Part shown: positions 8,574 through 19,396 of the stretch, piece after piece
Position numbering within the stretch: the stretch's first letter is position 1
How the letters are laid out: each line of letters starts with the position of its first letter
Source: an uncultured Gammaproteobacteria bacterium
GTDB lineage: Bacteria > Patescibacteriota > Patescibacteriia > Magasanikbacterales > UBA922
Direction of reading: 5' to 3'
Length of the DNA stretch: 64,000 nt
Assembly (NCBI GenBank): GCA_964519725.1
Contig: CAZFKS010000004.1
Coordinates: 11,848-75,847 of the forward strand
Translations under genes and position numbers: made by a program
The notes under the pieces: generated by a model
The model's database searches: none
Told to the model about the DNA's origin: nothing
The model's input: the letters and a program-made list of their open reading frames with translations, nothing else

Positions 8574-10669
8574 AAGATTGGCTTACTAGTTAAGGTGTTT
8601 ACTTTGGCCTTAATATCATCGGGAATTGGCTGATCATAACTATCACCGTAGGCCCAACAACGAGATTTTTTGTCCCATTTTTGGTAGCGCTCGGTGACAC
8701 CATATTCAAAGTGCCAATGTTCAGTGCAGAGTCTAACCCAACCAGCTTGGTTGAAAATATATTCTAAAATAATTTTGTATGGGTCATTCAAAAAGTGTTC
8801 AGAGTAATTTTCTTTGGTAATTTTAAAACTGTCTTCAGCTAATAAAACTTTGCCATTTTTTATGTCTTTCATGTTAGCGTCAACTGCGCCGCCAGTTGCG
8901 TGGGGAGAATTACAGGACGGTGAACTAATTTTGCCCTGATTGCTTTGCCAACCTTTAGTTTTGGTTTGGTAGCGAGCCACCACCCCTGTATTCCAAAGTT
9001 TCACCAGCGAATCAGAGGTGCGCAAAGTGCCACCTGGGAAAATTTTAAAGCCCAGTGATTCGCCTAGGGCCACGGCTTTTCGGAGCGGTTCAACCGCATT
9101 GGGGTGAATTTTTTTACCTTTCCAATTAGGAATATCTTTAATGGTGACAAAAGTATTTTCATTCGGACAGGTGGCGATTTGTTTAAACAAATGCGGTAGC
9201 ACTTCAGTTTTTTGTTCAGTGGTTAAGGCTTGCCAAATCGCAAAACCATCAACATTAACCGTGTTAATTTGGGTACTCATGAACATTTCCGCCTTAACAT
9301 CACCAATATTGGGAATTTTTTCCGTAATGGTAGTGCTTTCAGAAAAATTAGTTTGGGCTTGTCCGGTTGAAGGATCGGTGTCAGCAATAGTTTCTTCTGA
9401 AGGCATTGGCAAATTTTCACCGCGCACGTAAATAATTTTTAAATTATCAAATCGAACTAATTCAGGATTGATTGTGTACAGAATTGTGTATGAACTAACA
9501 GTGATTATTAAACCAGTCACAGCGCCCACCATACGTTTTTTGGCTGAAGATTTTGATTCGCCGCTTGGGTCAGGTAAAGCATATTCAAAACCAGCCACCA
9601 CAATGAGCCCAACACTAACAATTCCACCAATGATTACTAAGTAACGATAAACAGCGGAAATATATTCACCAATAAACGGAATATTTAAGTAAAAAGTGCC
9701 ATCACTATCAATTTTTTGCGCTTCAACTGAATCAATGTTAGAAAAAGTTAGGCCAGGAATTTTAATTTTGTTTTGTGGGGCGCTAACGGTTTCTTTGATT
9801 TTTTCTGGGGTGAGGAATAGAGGTAATTCGGTGGTTTGAACGGCTGTTTCAGACGTGTCTTTGGTTGGAATGTTTGAGAGTGGTTTAACGGCCTTGGCTT
9901 TGCCGTTACACTGGTTATTTAAAATATGATCCAAAAAACAGGCTGTGGCCACAACATTATGACTAGAAAAATCATCTTTTCCGCCAGGCATTTCAAGCAG
10001 ATTAATTTTAGTTGGGTACATTTTTAAAGCAGCCGAGGCTTGACTTAAGCTGTCTAGATATGGGGTGGCATACATGGCAATTGGGCCACTATTATTCAGG
10101 GCCGCGATTTTTTTACACCGATCTCTAAAACAACCGTCTAAAATAATAGTGCGGTTAGCACTAAAACCGTCTTGCAAAAAGTGCAAGATTGAATTGCTAC
10201 CCATACTGTGGCCAGCCACGGTTAAACTTGAGCTATTGAGTGTGACCACTGAAGCGATTTTTTGGCGTGCTTCATTCATGAAACAGGTGGTTTCTTCTTT
10301 GCTCATCACTTTGTCTTCAGCTTCGCTGCCACCCTTATGACCAAGATTGACAATGATGGCGGCCTTTTTGCCTTTACTAGCTAGGGTAGTGGCTGAGCCG
10401 CACAAACTGCCGCTGCCACCACAAAACGAACTGGCACTTGGTGAACCAGTTCCATGAAAATACAAATACAAATCTGTTACTTCGGAAATTGAGTCAGGAA
10501 TAATAAATGCCTGGGTGGTTTGTAGGGCCGCGGATTTGCAGCTACTCGTGTAAGTGTAAAGTTTTGCGCCATTATTCGAACTACTTAAAATTGGCTCACC
10601 TGCGGCCTGAACAGCCTCGCCAAGTAGGCCAAAGCTTAAGAAGAAAAATAGTAGTAATAAGCGTTTCAC
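8570..10669 (-). CDS. secreted, membrane-anchored multidomain protein: N-terminal alpha/beta-hydrolase (GxSxG), central pilin-like TM module paralogous to the upstream gene, C-terminal M15/VanY-like peptidase domain
   Basis: GHSMGS nucleophile elbow. Central block NKIKIPGLTFSN...PFIGEYISAVYRYLVIIGGIVSVGLIVVAGF. C-terminal motifs SPHATGGAVDA and EHWHFEY match M15 (D-Ala-D-Ala carboxypeptidase) family signatures. Confidence 0.55.
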   Translation of the reverse strand: MKRLLLLFFFLSFGLLGEAVQAAGEPILSSSNNGAKLYTYTSSCKSAALQTTQAFIIPDSISEVTDLYLYFHGTGSPSASSFCGGSGSLCGSATTLASKGKKAAIIVNLGHKGGSEAEDKVMSKEETTCFMNEARQKIASVVTLNSSSLTVAGHSMGSNSILHFLQDGFSANRTIILDGCFRDRCKKIAALNNSGPIAMYATPYLDSLSQASAALKMYPTKINLLEMPGGKDDFSSHNVVATACFLDHILNNQCNGKAKAVKPLSNIPTKDTSETAVQTTELPLFLTPEKIKETVSAPQNKIKIPGLTFSNIDSVEAQKIDSDGTFYLNIPFIGEYISAVYRYLVIIGGIVSVGLIVVAGFEYALPDPSGESKSSAKKRMVGAVTGLIITVSSYTILYTINPELVRFDNLKIIYVRGENLPMPSEETIADTDPSTGQAQTNFSESTTITEKIPNIGDVKAEMFMSTQINTVNVDGFAIWQALTTEQKTEVLPHLFKQIATCPNENTFVTIKDIPNWKGKKIHPNAVEPLRKAVALGESLGFKIFPGGTLRTSDSLVKLWNTGVVARYQTKTKGWQSNQGKISSPSCNSPHATGGAVDANMKDIKNGKVLLAEDSFKITKENYSEHFLNDPYKIILEYIFNQAGWVRLCTEHWHFEYGVTERYQKWDKKSRCWAYGDSYDQPIPDDIKAKVNTLTSKPIL

Positions 10670-10671
10670 AC

Positions 10672-11313
10672 TTAGGGGTTAGTTAGTCCCAAAGCTTGTT
10701 CCCAAGCCTCGACAGTTGGGGCAATGGTTACTTGTTTATTATCAATGAAAAAAGTTGGCACTGATTGAATGTTTAGTAGTGCGGCAATACTTTTATTTTG
10801 CTCAAGGTGGGCTTTGGCCGCTTCACTATCAATACAAGTGGCTAATTTTTCCGCATCTAAACCAACGTTGGCCGCAATTTTTTGGAGCGTGGTGTCAGAT
10901 AATTGATCACTGTACGAAAAGGCGAGTGCTTTATATTCAGCAAATTTATTTTGTTGCTGCGCGCAGTAACCATAAGTAATCGCTGGTTCACTAGGGTATG
11001 GATAACGCGTTACAGGTAGGCCTTTCCAAACCACTTTTAGAGCCACTGGATGTTTGGAAATTACCTGCGTTAAAATGGCATCATATTCATTACAGCTGGC
11101 ACAACTATAATCTTCAAACGCCACCACCACTTTGCCAGCGCGTTTAAGTCCAACCACTGGGTCATCAGCTAAAACTGGAATGGTAAAAGTTTCTTCTGTG
11201 GTCTTATCTTTATCAGGAAACAGTGGCTCGTAGCGGAGGACTTGTACAAATAAAACAAACCCGGCTAAAACAATCGCTGGAATAAAGATTAACAACATTT
11301 TTTTTGTACCCAT
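10672..11313 (-). CDS. DsbA-like thioredoxin-fold thiol:disulfide oxidoreductase, membrane-anchored
   Basis: N-terminal TM segment and a CASC (CxxC) active site within a DsbA-like fold. Confidence 0.65.
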   Translation of the reverse strand: MGTKKMLLIFIPAIVLAGFVLFVQVLRYEPLFPDKDKTTEETFTIPVLADDPVVGLKRAGKVVVAFEDYSCASCNEYDAILTQVISKHPVALKVVWKGLPVTRYPYPSEPAITYGYCAQQQNKFAEYKALAFSYSDQLSDTTLQKIAANVGLDAEKLATCIDSEAAKAHLEQNKSIAALLNIQSVPTFFIDNKQVTIAPTVEAWEQALGLTNP

Positions 11314-11314
11314 A

Positions 11315-12565
11315 CTAAAGTTTTACTTGGAACATACCTGACTGGGCTTTGTCAGTGAAATATAAAGTTTGACCATCTTCACTCAAAGTAATGGTATCAA
11401 TGGTGTGAATATCATCGAGAGGAATATCGGTTTTGAGACCAGTGGCGGTGTCGATTTTGTACAATTTGTCTGGAGTGTTGTTGGCGACCGCTGGTGCAAA
11501 ACCCGCCCCAGTATTAAGTAATTCTGGGACACCACAGTACACAAAGCGGTCATCAGCCATCGCACATTTGCTGGCCCAAGTTTGCACGCCAAGTAATTTG
11601 CGATTACCACCCACTGTGTCTGGAGTGCCGTCAGAAATCCAGAGTTCAGGTTTAAAATCACTGGCCGCACTGTAAACACTGTGTAAAATTTTACTGCCAG
11701 ATTTTGACCACTTGGTTTCTAGGCCACGACCTTCAACAATAAGTGATTTGAAATTTTCTTGATTTTGACCTAGGAGTAAAACTTGTTGACGATCGTCACT
11801 GAGCGCTTCGCCAGTTTTTGACATGCCCACCACTTGGCGATTAGGAGACCAGTCAACTGTAACTTTATCAGCATTGTTTCCAAGCGGTTGAATTAAGCGC
11901 ACGCTTGATCCGTCTGGGGCAGAACTAATTAACCACCGATTTTCTGGGGCTAAACCAACACTTTTAGCCGCCACTTGATCGCCTTGAGGTGAGAAGGAAA
12001 AATTTTCCCAGTGTCGTGGTAAAGTCACTTGTTGTTTGGTATTAAAGTCGTAAAAAATATTGGAGCCGTCTGGATATTCTAAAATTGAATTATTACCGGT
12101 TGGCGACCAGGTAACTTTTTGCACATTGTAAAATGTTTGATCAGACAATGGCACAGCCACACCCGATGCATCAAGTCGATAAAATTTTCCGTCTTCAGAA
12201 TTATAAAATTTAGTGTTGCCGCCGGCGGTATTAACGCCACGTACGGCTGAGTCAACAATTTTGGTCACGCGTTCACTAGTAAAGTTTGGTTGGTTGAGCG
12301 GTAAACCAGTGTTTGCATCAACCCCGCCGATTGGACCAGTGACTGTACCAACTGGTGGAATCTCGCCGTTATTTGTACCGTTGTCTTGATTGGGTGTGCC
12401 ATTATTAATGTTTGGAAAACCCACTTGTCCGCCAGTTTCAATTTGGGTGCCAGTGTCTGAGGTTGGCGGTGGTGCTTTGCGGAAAAAAACAAAATAAATT
12501 GCGTACGCCATGCCAATGGAAAAGAGAATGAAACCAATGATGAGCGCAATTCTTTTTTTATCCAT
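11315..12565 (-). CDS. membrane-anchored beta-propeller (TolB/PD40-like) protein
   Basis: N-terminal TM segment followed by a low-complexity linker and repeated beta-strand-rich units typical of PD40/WD-like propellers. Confidence 0.45.
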   Translation of the reverse strand: MDKKRIALIIGFILFSIGMAYAIYFVFFRKAPPPTSDTGTQIETGGQVGFPNINNGTPNQDNGTNNGEIPPVGTVTGPIGGVDANTGLPLNQPNFTSERVTKIVDSAVRGVNTAGGNTKFYNSEDGKFYRLDASGVAVPLSDQTFYNVQKVTWSPTGNNSILEYPDGSNIFYDFNTKQQVTLPRHWENFSFSPQGDQVAAKSVGLAPENRWLISSAPDGSSVRLIQPLGNNADKVTVDWSPNRQVVGMSKTGEALSDDRQQVLLLGQNQENFKSLIVEGRGLETKWSKSGSKILHSVYSAASDFKPELWISDGTPDTVGGNRKLLGVQTWASKCAMADDRFVYCGVPELLNTGAGFAPAVANNTPDKLYKIDTATGLKTDIPLDDIHTIDTITLSEDGQTLYFTDKAQSGMFQVKL

Positions 12566-12568
12566 ATA

Positions 12569-14167
12569 TTAAATGTTTGGGGCAGGTGGTTGAGTGAGAT
12601 TGGTGGCGGCTGGTGCTTGGGCTGGATTTGGTGGCTGGGTTAATTTGTAGCGCTCGCGAGCCATTTCATTGTATTGTTTAATGATTTTAGTTTTTTCGGC
12701 TTTTTTTGCGTCACGTTTTTTTACTTCTGATTTTATTTTATCTTTAAGCTCGTCATTAGTAACTTTTAGTAAATCAATGCCTTTTTTTAGTGGCCAGGCC
12801 CAACCAGAAATAATTGGCACTACGAAAAAGAAAATTATAGTAATTGCGAACAGAACCGCAATGACGATCAGGGTAATCCATGCCAATCGTAAACCTTTGA
12901 TCCGAAAATTATTTTTTTCAATTTGACTTTCGATTGGTTCAATAGTGTGCGTGATCGCATCAATTTCTTTTTGCACCTTAGTTTCTGCCTGTTCTAACTC
13001 AGCTAGTTTTTTGGTCAATTCATCGATGGCTGGTTGATTTGGATTCTGAACTGGAACATTATTGTCTATTTTACCATGACTAGGGTCGGTTTGGGCAGTG
13101 GTCTCAGTGGCTAAGTCTGGATTTTGGTCAGGCTCAGCTTCGGTTTGGTCCGCAGGAGCTTCTTCGGATTTGGCTCCTGACCTTTGGTCACTTTGATTAT
13201 TAATTCCAGCAATTCCAAGGGCTTTGTTATTTTTTAAACGAGGTAAACCATTTTCATCAGTTTCAATCAGTGGTTCACCAAGGCCAGTCATTACTTCTTT
13301 GACTTCTGGTGGGGGAGTTGGTTCTTCTACAGGTTTTTGGGCTGGTTCAGCTGGTTTTGTTTCTGGTGGTGCTTCAGTCGCAGCAATATTTGGCGCAGTT
13401 GATTCAGTTGGGGCCGGGTTTGGTTTATCAGCTTCGGCTAAGTCAGAATTTTTTTGGTTATCGCGATCAGTTTGGCCTTCGTTAATACCGGCTTCTTGTC
13501 GATCAACCGGTACATTTGACTCGCCGCCAGTTGGATTTACTGGTGGTTCAGTGGGATTCGCGTCTTCAGAATTTTTTTGTTCACTGCGCTTGGCAGCAGC
13601 TTGGTCAGCGCCAGCAGCCTGTCGATCTGGTGCTTGAGTTGGTTGTTCGCCACGCGGAACAGCGGCTGAATTTTTGTCCTCAGGTTTTTGCACTGGGATT
13701 TCTGGTTCGGTTGGTGGAGTCGGAGGTGTGACTGTTGCTGCATCAGGTGCTGTCTCTGGTTCGGCTGGGGGCGTTTGAACCGGTGGTTCTTCTATAGCAA
13801 CAACTGCGGCTGGAGTATTTGGTGGAATTGGGTTATTACCGAATTCATTTAGAACATCCGCTAGTTCTTCGGCTTTAGTTTGGTCAGTTAATTTTTCCAC
13901 GGCATCATCAATTAATGTAGTCGCAACTAAATCATCAATAGCATTATCAAGGGCTTTTTCTTGACCTAAATCATCAGTAATTTGACCAATCATTTTGGTT
14001 GCTACATCTTGGAGTGTGTCATTAACTTTGGCTAAACCTGCCCCTTGTAATTGACTAGCTGCGAGTGCAGACATCAAAGCTCGTTTAATTTTACCTACCT
14101 GGCCATTAAAAAAACTACTAATTGGTTTAGTAATTGATTCAATTGGTTTGTTTGGGGGGTTAGCCAT
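12569..14167 (-). CDS. proline-rich, acidic, largely disordered protein with C-terminal coiled-coil and TM anchor
   Basis: PT/PE-rich low-complexity middle region. The C-terminal hydrophobic segment is ITLIVIAVLFAITIIFFFVVPII. Confidence 0.45.
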   Translation of the reverse strand: MANPPNKPIESITKPISSFFNGQVGKIKRALMSALAASQLQGAGLAKVNDTLQDVATKMIGQITDDLGQEKALDNAIDDLVATTLIDDAVEKLTDQTKAEELADVLNEFGNNPIPPNTPAAVVAIEEPPVQTPPAEPETAPDAATVTPPTPPTEPEIPVQKPEDKNSAAVPRGEQPTQAPDRQAAGADQAAAKRSEQKNSEDANPTEPPVNPTGGESNVPVDRQEAGINEGQTDRDNQKNSDLAEADKPNPAPTESTAPNIAATEAPPETKPAEPAQKPVEEPTPPPEVKEVMTGLGEPLIETDENGLPRLKNNKALGIAGINNQSDQRSGAKSEEAPADQTEAEPDQNPDLATETTAQTDPSHGKIDNNVPVQNPNQPAIDELTKKLAELEQAETKVQKEIDAITHTIEPIESQIEKNNFRIKGLRLAWITLIVIAVLFAITIIFFFVVPIISGWAWPLKKGIDLLKVTNDELKDKIKSEVKKRDAKKAEKTKIIKQYNEMARERYKLTQPPNPAQAPAATNLTQPPAPNI

Positions 14168-14492
14168 TTTGGGCGCGATTAGTAGCGGCTAATAATTTGG
14201 CGCAATCAGCGTAATAGGCAGCAATAATTCCTGGTGTTTTTTGTTTGGCTAAAATGGCTGAGCTTTCGTACAGATCTTCTAAATGCAGCGTAGTTTGTTC
14301 GGCGCGTAGTCTAATTAATGTATCAACGATTTTAGTATCAGCTAAGTTAGCCGCTAATTTTTTTTTCCAAAAAATTAATTCTTCGTTAATGTGTTCTAGC
14401 CGTGTGGCCCGACGTTCAGACGTGTTTTGACTACCAAGTCGATCTTTATTTTTTTGCACAGCTAAACGGTGAGCCGCATCATTTGAGGACAT
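14160..14492 (-). CDS. small hypothetical coiled-coil protein
   Basis: ORF-track ORF that overlaps the neighbouring minus-strand genes in operon-like fashion. Confidence 0.35.
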   Translation of the reverse strand: MSSNDAAHRLAVQKNKDRLGSQNTSERRATRLEHINEELIFWKKKLAANLADTKIVDTLIRLRAEQTTLHLEDLYESSAILAKQKTPGIIAAYYADCAKLLAATNRAQNG

Positions 14493-17019
14493 ATTTTTCC
14501 GCTTCGCGCGTTAAGGTGAGTTTGGTTTTGCGTTTAGCTTTGCCAGCTTCTTTTTTGAGTCGAGAAATAATCAGCTCGGGAATTAAGCGTTCAATTAAAC
14601 GCTGGACTGGTCGGGCACCCAGGTCAACACTGAATGACTCAGTGGCCAAAGCTTCAACCACGGTTTTGTCCGGATTAATTGAGAGTGAGCGTGCTTGTTC
14701 AAGTTCACGGCTAATCCGCGCAATTTCTGTTGTAATAATGGCCTCAATATCAGTTTTGGTGAGTGGTGAAAAAATCGCAATGGTATCGAGTCGACTCATC
14801 ACGGCCGCACCTAATTCATCTTTGACCGCGGCGCGAACCTTTTGCTCAATGTTTGTAGTTTGTCCGTGACTGTTAAAACCAATCCCAGCGGATTTAAATA
14901 ATTGACTACCAATATTCGCGGTTAAAATAATGATGGCGTGATTAAAATGTACTTTTTTGCCACCACCGTCAGTCAGCTCGCCTTCGTCCAAGATTTGCAG
15001 AAGTAATTTGCGCACATCAGGGTGGGCTTTATCAATTTCATCAAACAAAACCACGGAATATGGACGGCGACGCAGTTCATCAAACAAGCGGTTGCGATCT
15101 TTGTACCCAATGTAACCAGCTGGCGAGCCGAGAAGTTTAGCCACACTGTGACTTTCCGCAAATTCGCTCATGTCTAATTTAATGAGAGCGTCGGGATTAT
15201 GATACAAACCAGCGGCAATTTGTTTGGCCATTTCGGTTTTACCAACGCCGCTTGGACCAACAAATAAAAATGAAGCAAATGGTTTGCCTTTGCGGCCCAG
15301 GCCTAAATAGCGTTCTTTGAGGGTGTGAATAACAGTGTCAATGACGGCTTTTTGGCCAATAATTTTTTCAGTCAGTAAATTTTCGGTTTGTTCAACCGTG
15401 TCCCACTCACTACTGGCCAAGAGTGATGAGTCAATACTTAACCGACTGGCTAATGTTTTGACCACATCTTCGGCTTTAACTAAAATAGTTTGTTTTTTAG
15501 TTTTCTTACTACTGTCTTTTTCAATTTTTTTCAATTCTTTTTCTAATTTAGAAATAGTTTTTTTGTGACGCTCAGCTTGCTTAACATTCTTGGCGGTTAA
15601 GGCTTCGGTTTTGGCCGCTTCAGCTTCTTTAATTTCTTTTTCAATGGCCGCAATTTTTTTAGCATTGGGATTTTTATGTTCACGCACTTTTACCGTTGCA
15701 GCCGCTTCATCCAGTAAATCAATTGATTTGTCAGGTTGATATGAATCGTGTAGATATTTATTACTTAATTCCACCGCACTTTCCACCGCCCCAGAAGAAA
15801 TTGTTACTTCGTGAAATGATTCATAATATTTTTTGATGCCTTCTAGAATTGAAACCGTTTGGGCTGGGGTTGGTTCAGCCACAGTAATGGATTGGAAGCG
15901 ACGTTCTAGAGCTGGGTCAGAGGTAATGTATTTTTTGTACTCATCGTACGTAGTCGCGCCAATACAATGCAATTGGCCGCGCGCCAACGCTGGCTTCAAA
16001 ATATTGGCTGCATCAAGGGTACCTTGATTTGAACCAGCGCCAATAATAGTGTGAATTTCATCAATAAATAAAATAGTGTCTGGACTGTGTGACAGTTCGT
16101 CAATGACTTGTTTTAAGCGTGATTCAAATTCACCGCGGTAAATTGTTCCGGCAATAAGTAAGGTCAAATCAAGGGATAGAATTTTTTTGCGGCGCAAAAT
16201 ATCTGGTACATCACCGCTTTTAATGCGTTTGGCTAGGCCTTCAACAATCGCAGTTTTACCAACCCCTGGCTCACCAATTAAAACCGGATTATTTTTAGTT
16301 CGGCGTGACAAAATATTTATCACCCGATTAATTTCTTCGTCCCGACCAATTACTGGGTCTAATTTTTTTTCTACCGCACTGTCAGTTAAATTCACGGTAA
16401 AATATTGGACTGCACTTTCGTTGGCCCCGCGTTTTTGTTTTGGACCAGGCGCGCCGTGATCATGATCATGGTCGTGCTCAGCGTCTTTATCAGCCTCGGC
16501 TGCCAAATTATCCATAGTTTCAATCATGGCCTCGATGCTGGCAGACTGACCACTAGTTTCCAGTGAATTTGTGACATTTTTGTGTAAGTCAGAAATTTTT
16601 ACACCTAAGGCTTTAAATAATTCGGCGAGCGCTTGATCAGGAGCTTCCAGTAAAGCGAGCAGTAAATGTTCTGTACCAATGTAACTGTGACCGCGCTCAA
16701 AGGCAATCAGAAGCGAACGCTCAATCACTTTGCTAGCTGCTTGGCCAAGGTCAGGCAGAGCTGGTTTACCTTCCTGACCGCGCTCGACTGCTTCGCGCCC
16801 AGCCACTGAGCGCCGGAATTCGACCAAAGGGAAATTATTTTTTTGTAAAATTTCACTGGCCACTGAGCCAGGTTCTTCGGTTAGGCCAATAAACAGGTGA
16901 AGTGGCTCAACCTGGTGAATTTTGGCCGCATGCGCCGTTGAAATTGCACGCGCAATAACATTTTTTAAGTGCGTGGAAAAATTATCTAAGAGTTTTTGTG
17001 GGGTCATACGTTTTGACAT
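14479..17019 (-). CDS. clpB: AAA+ chaperone ClpB (Clp/Hsp100 family with two NBDs and a middle coiled coil)
   Basis: N-terminal Clp repeat, GEPGVGKT and GPSGVGKT Walker A motifs, and a long Lys/Glu-rich M-domain between the NBDs. The probable start is MSKRM at 17019 (RBS AAAGGG) rather than the ATG at 17040. Confidence 0.85.
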   Translation of the reverse strand: MSKRMTPQKLLDNFSTHLKNVIARAISTAHAAKIHQVEPLHLFIGLTEEPGSVASEILQKNNFPLVEFRRSVAGREAVERGQEGKPALPDLGQAASKVIERSLLIAFERGHSYIGTEHLLLALLEAPDQALAELFKALGVKISDLHKNVTNSLETSGQSASIEAMIETMDNLAAEADKDAEHDHDHDHGAPGPKQKRGANESAVQYFTVNLTDSAVEKKLDPVIGRDEEINRVINILSRRTKNNPVLIGEPGVGKTAIVEGLAKRIKSGDVPDILRRKKILSLDLTLLIAGTIYRGEFESRLKQVIDELSHSPDTILFIDEIHTIIGAGSNQGTLDAANILKPALARGQLHCIGATTYDEYKKYITSDPALERRFQSITVAEPTPAQTVSILEGIKKYYESFHEVTISSGAVESAVELSNKYLHDSYQPDKSIDLLDEAAATVKVREHKNPNAKKIAAIEKEIKEAEAAKTEALTAKNVKQAERHKKTISKLEKELKKIEKDSSKKTKKQTILVKAEDVVKTLASRLSIDSSLLASSEWDTVEQTENLLTEKIIGQKAVIDTVIHTLKERYLGLGRKGKPFASFLFVGPSGVGKTEMAKQIAAGLYHNPDALIKLDMSEFAESHSVAKLLGSPAGYIGYKDRNRLFDELRRRPYSVVLFDEIDKAHPDVRKLLLQILDEGELTDGGGKKVHFNHAIIILTANIGSQLFKSAGIGFNSHGQTTNIEQKVRAAVKDELGAAVMSRLDTIAIFSPLTKTDIEAIITTEIARISRELEQARSLSINPDKTVVEALATESFSVDLGARPVQRLIERLIPELIISRLKKEAGKAKRKTKLTLTREAEKYVLK

Positions 17020-17075
17020 TTGAGTGGTCCCTTTATACAATCAGTATACTTAATTTTCTTAATTTTTCCTAGGGT

Positions 17076-18455
17076 ATGACCTTTCCAGCACACATTTTTA
17101 AAGCTTATGATATTCGGGGTTTGGTGGAGGGGGAATTGTCACCAGAATTGGCCTATAAAATTGGGGCAGCGTTTGCGTTGTTTTTGCGGCAGCATGATTT
17201 GGTTAAAGCTGGCCAAAGGGTTGTGGTTGGATATGATATGCGGCCAACCAGTGTACCATTTGAGGCTGAAGTGGTCCGGGCAATTACTGATCAGGGACTA
17301 GATGTAGTCCGAATTGGTCTGTCTTCAACGCCTTTTTTTAATTTTGCTTGCGCGCATTTTCCTGAACATGCGGGTGGAGTAATGGTCACGGCCAGTCATA
17401 ACCCAGCGGCGTACAATGGTTTTAAAATGACCTTGGCCAATGGTGTACCAATTGGCAAGCAGACTGGAATGAGCGAAATTCGGGATTTAGCAGCTGGGGA
17501 AATTCCAAACCCAGTTGAAAAAAAGGGAAGTGTGGAGAGTCGAGATATTTTCCCAGATTATTTGGCTAAATTAAAATCACTAGTCAATTTTGGTGCAATT
17601 AAACCACTTAAAATTGTGGTTGATGCGGGTAATGGGATGGCCCAAATTAGTTTGCCAAAGGTTTTAGCTGAATTGCCAGTTCAAGTTGAATATTTATTTT
17701 TAGAACCAGATGGAACTTTCCCAAATCATGAGGCTAATCCACTTAACACGGCCACACTGCGGGACTTGCAAGCTAAAGTGAAGGAGACAGGTGCGGACTT
17801 TGGTTTTGCTTTGGATGGTGATGCTGATCGGATTGGTCTAGTCGACAATAATGGGGAAGTGGTTGATGCTTCACATGTGGCTGCCCTGATTGGTCTCGAA
17901 GTTTTGCAAAAACAACCAGGTGCGCTTGGGCTCTATGACTTGCGTACCAGCCAAATTGTGCGGGATACTTGGGAGGCAGTGGGTGCCAAAACTGACATGT
18001 GTATGGTTGGGCATGCCAATATTAAAAAACAAATGCTCGAAACTGGCGCGGTTTTTGCGAGTGAGCTTTCGCTTCATGTGTATTTTGGTGAATTTTACAA
18101 TTTAGAGTGTTCTGATTTGTCACTGTTATATTTCCTCTATTTGGTTTCAGATAGTGGTCAAAAGATGAGTGAGCTAGTGGCGCCACTCAAAATTAAATAT
18201 GCACACTCCGGTGAAATTAATTTTGAAATTCAAGATAAAGCCGGGGCCATGCAAGCGATTCGAGATGCATTTGGGGCGACTGCAATTAAAAGTTCTGATC
18301 TAGACGGAGTTTGGTATGGTTTTGATTGGGGTTTTGCTAGTGTGCGGACTAGTAATACTGAACCACTCTTACGTTTAAATCTGGAAACTGCTTCAGCTGA
18401 ATTGACCAAACAAAAAGTAGCCGAGTTTAGTGCGGTTTTAAAAAAGTTTGAGTAA
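17076..18455 (+). CDS. phosphoglucomutase/phosphomannomutase (alpha-D-phosphohexomutase family)
   Basis: Active-site loop TASHNPAAYNGFK and metal-binding motif DGDADR. Confidence 0.85.
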   Translation: MTFPAHIFKAYDIRGLVEGELSPELAYKIGAAFALFLRQHDLVKAGQRVVVGYDMRPTSVPFEAEVVRAITDQGLDVVRIGLSSTPFFNFACAHFPEHAGGVMVTASHNPAAYNGFKMTLANGVPIGKQTGMSEIRDLAAGEIPNPVEKKGSVESRDIFPDYLAKLKSLVNFGAIKPLKIVVDAGNGMAQISLPKVLAELPVQVEYLFLEPDGTFPNHEANPLNTATLRDLQAKVKETGADFGFALDGDADRIGLVDNNGEVVDASHVAALIGLEVLQKQPGALGLYDLRTSQIVRDTWEAVGAKTDMCMVGHANIKKQMLETGAVFASELSLHVYFGEFYNLECSDLSLLYFLYLVSDSGQKMSELVAPLKIKYAHSGEINFEIQDKAGAMQAIRDAFGATAIKSSDLDGVWYGFDWGFASVRTSNTEPLLRLNLETASAELTKQKVAEFSAVLKKFE

Positions 18456-18461
18456 AATTTT

Positions 18462-18492
18462 TACTCAAATAAAAATCCCTCGCGAACGGGGG
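18462..18492. terminator. bidirectional intrinsic terminator between pgm and htpX
   Basis: atccctcg-cgaa-cgggggat stem flanked by an A-tract and a T-tract. Confidence 0.5.
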
Positions 18493-18507
18493 ATTTTTAT
18501 TTGTACG

Positions 18508-19386
18508 TTACTTAATCATCCCGCGGAGCCGATCAATTCGATCTTGAATTGGTGGGTGAGTGGAAAATAGACCAGATAAACTTTTACCTTTGAATGGATT
18601 GGAAATAAACAAGTGGGCAGTGGCTGTGGAAGCGCTTTGCAAAGGAACATTTGAACCAGAAATTTTTTCCAGTGCCCGCGCCAAACCCTCTGGATAACGC
18701 GTAAGCAGTGATCCAGACGCATCAGCCAAATACTCGCGCTTGCGCGACACGGCTAATTTAATTAATTCAGCAATGAGTGGGGAAAGTAGCATGAATACGA
18801 TGGCGACAAGGCCAAATAAATTACCACCTTTGCTATCACTATCACTATTGCGTCGGCCACCACCAAAACGCAGGAACCACTGGGCTAATAGTGATACCAG
18901 ACCAACCAAAACAATCACCACGGTCATAACCCGAATGTCATAATTTTGAATGTGCGAAAGTTCGTGCGCAATCACCCCCTCTAATTCTTCATTTTCCAGC
19001 GCCCCAATAATTCCGGTGGTGAGCGCAATGCTGGCGTGCTTTGGGTCGCGACCAGTGGCAAACGCATTTAAAGCGGGTGAGTCAATGAGGTAAATCTTTG
19101 GCAGGGGAATTCCGGCCGTAATACACAAATTTTCCACCAATCGATATACGTACGGATTTTCTTCTTTGGTAATGTGCCGCGCCCCGCTACTACTGAGCGC
19201 TACCTTATCACCAGCAAAATAACTAGTTAAAGTCATGACCAGGGAAATTGCCCCAGCTAAAATAATTGACTCTGGGCCAGTGCCTTGCCACTGCTGGATC
19301 GCATAACCAAGCCCAAACACAAACACGACGAAAAATAGAATCAGCATCCAGGTCTTGCGTTTATTAGCCGTAATTTGCGAATACAT
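18508..19386 (-). CDS. htpX: zinc metalloprotease HtpX (M48 family)
   Basis: HELSHIQNYD (HExxH) motif within an N-terminal TM topology. Confidence 0.85.
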   Translation of the reverse strand: MYSQITANKRKTWMLILFFVVFVFGLGYAIQQWQGTGPESIILAGAISLVMTLTSYFAGDKVALSSSGARHITKEENPYVYRLVENLCITAGIPLPKIYLIDSPALNAFATGRDPKHASIALTTGIIGALENEELEGVIAHELSHIQNYDIRVMTVVIVLVGLVSLLAQWFLRFGGGRRNSDSDSKGGNLFGLVAIVFMLLSPLIAELIKLAVSRKREYLADASGSLLTRYPEGLARALEKISGSNVPLQSASTATAHLFISNPFKGKSLSGLFSTHPPIQDRIDRLRGMIK

Positions 19387-19396
19387 TTAGGTAAAA

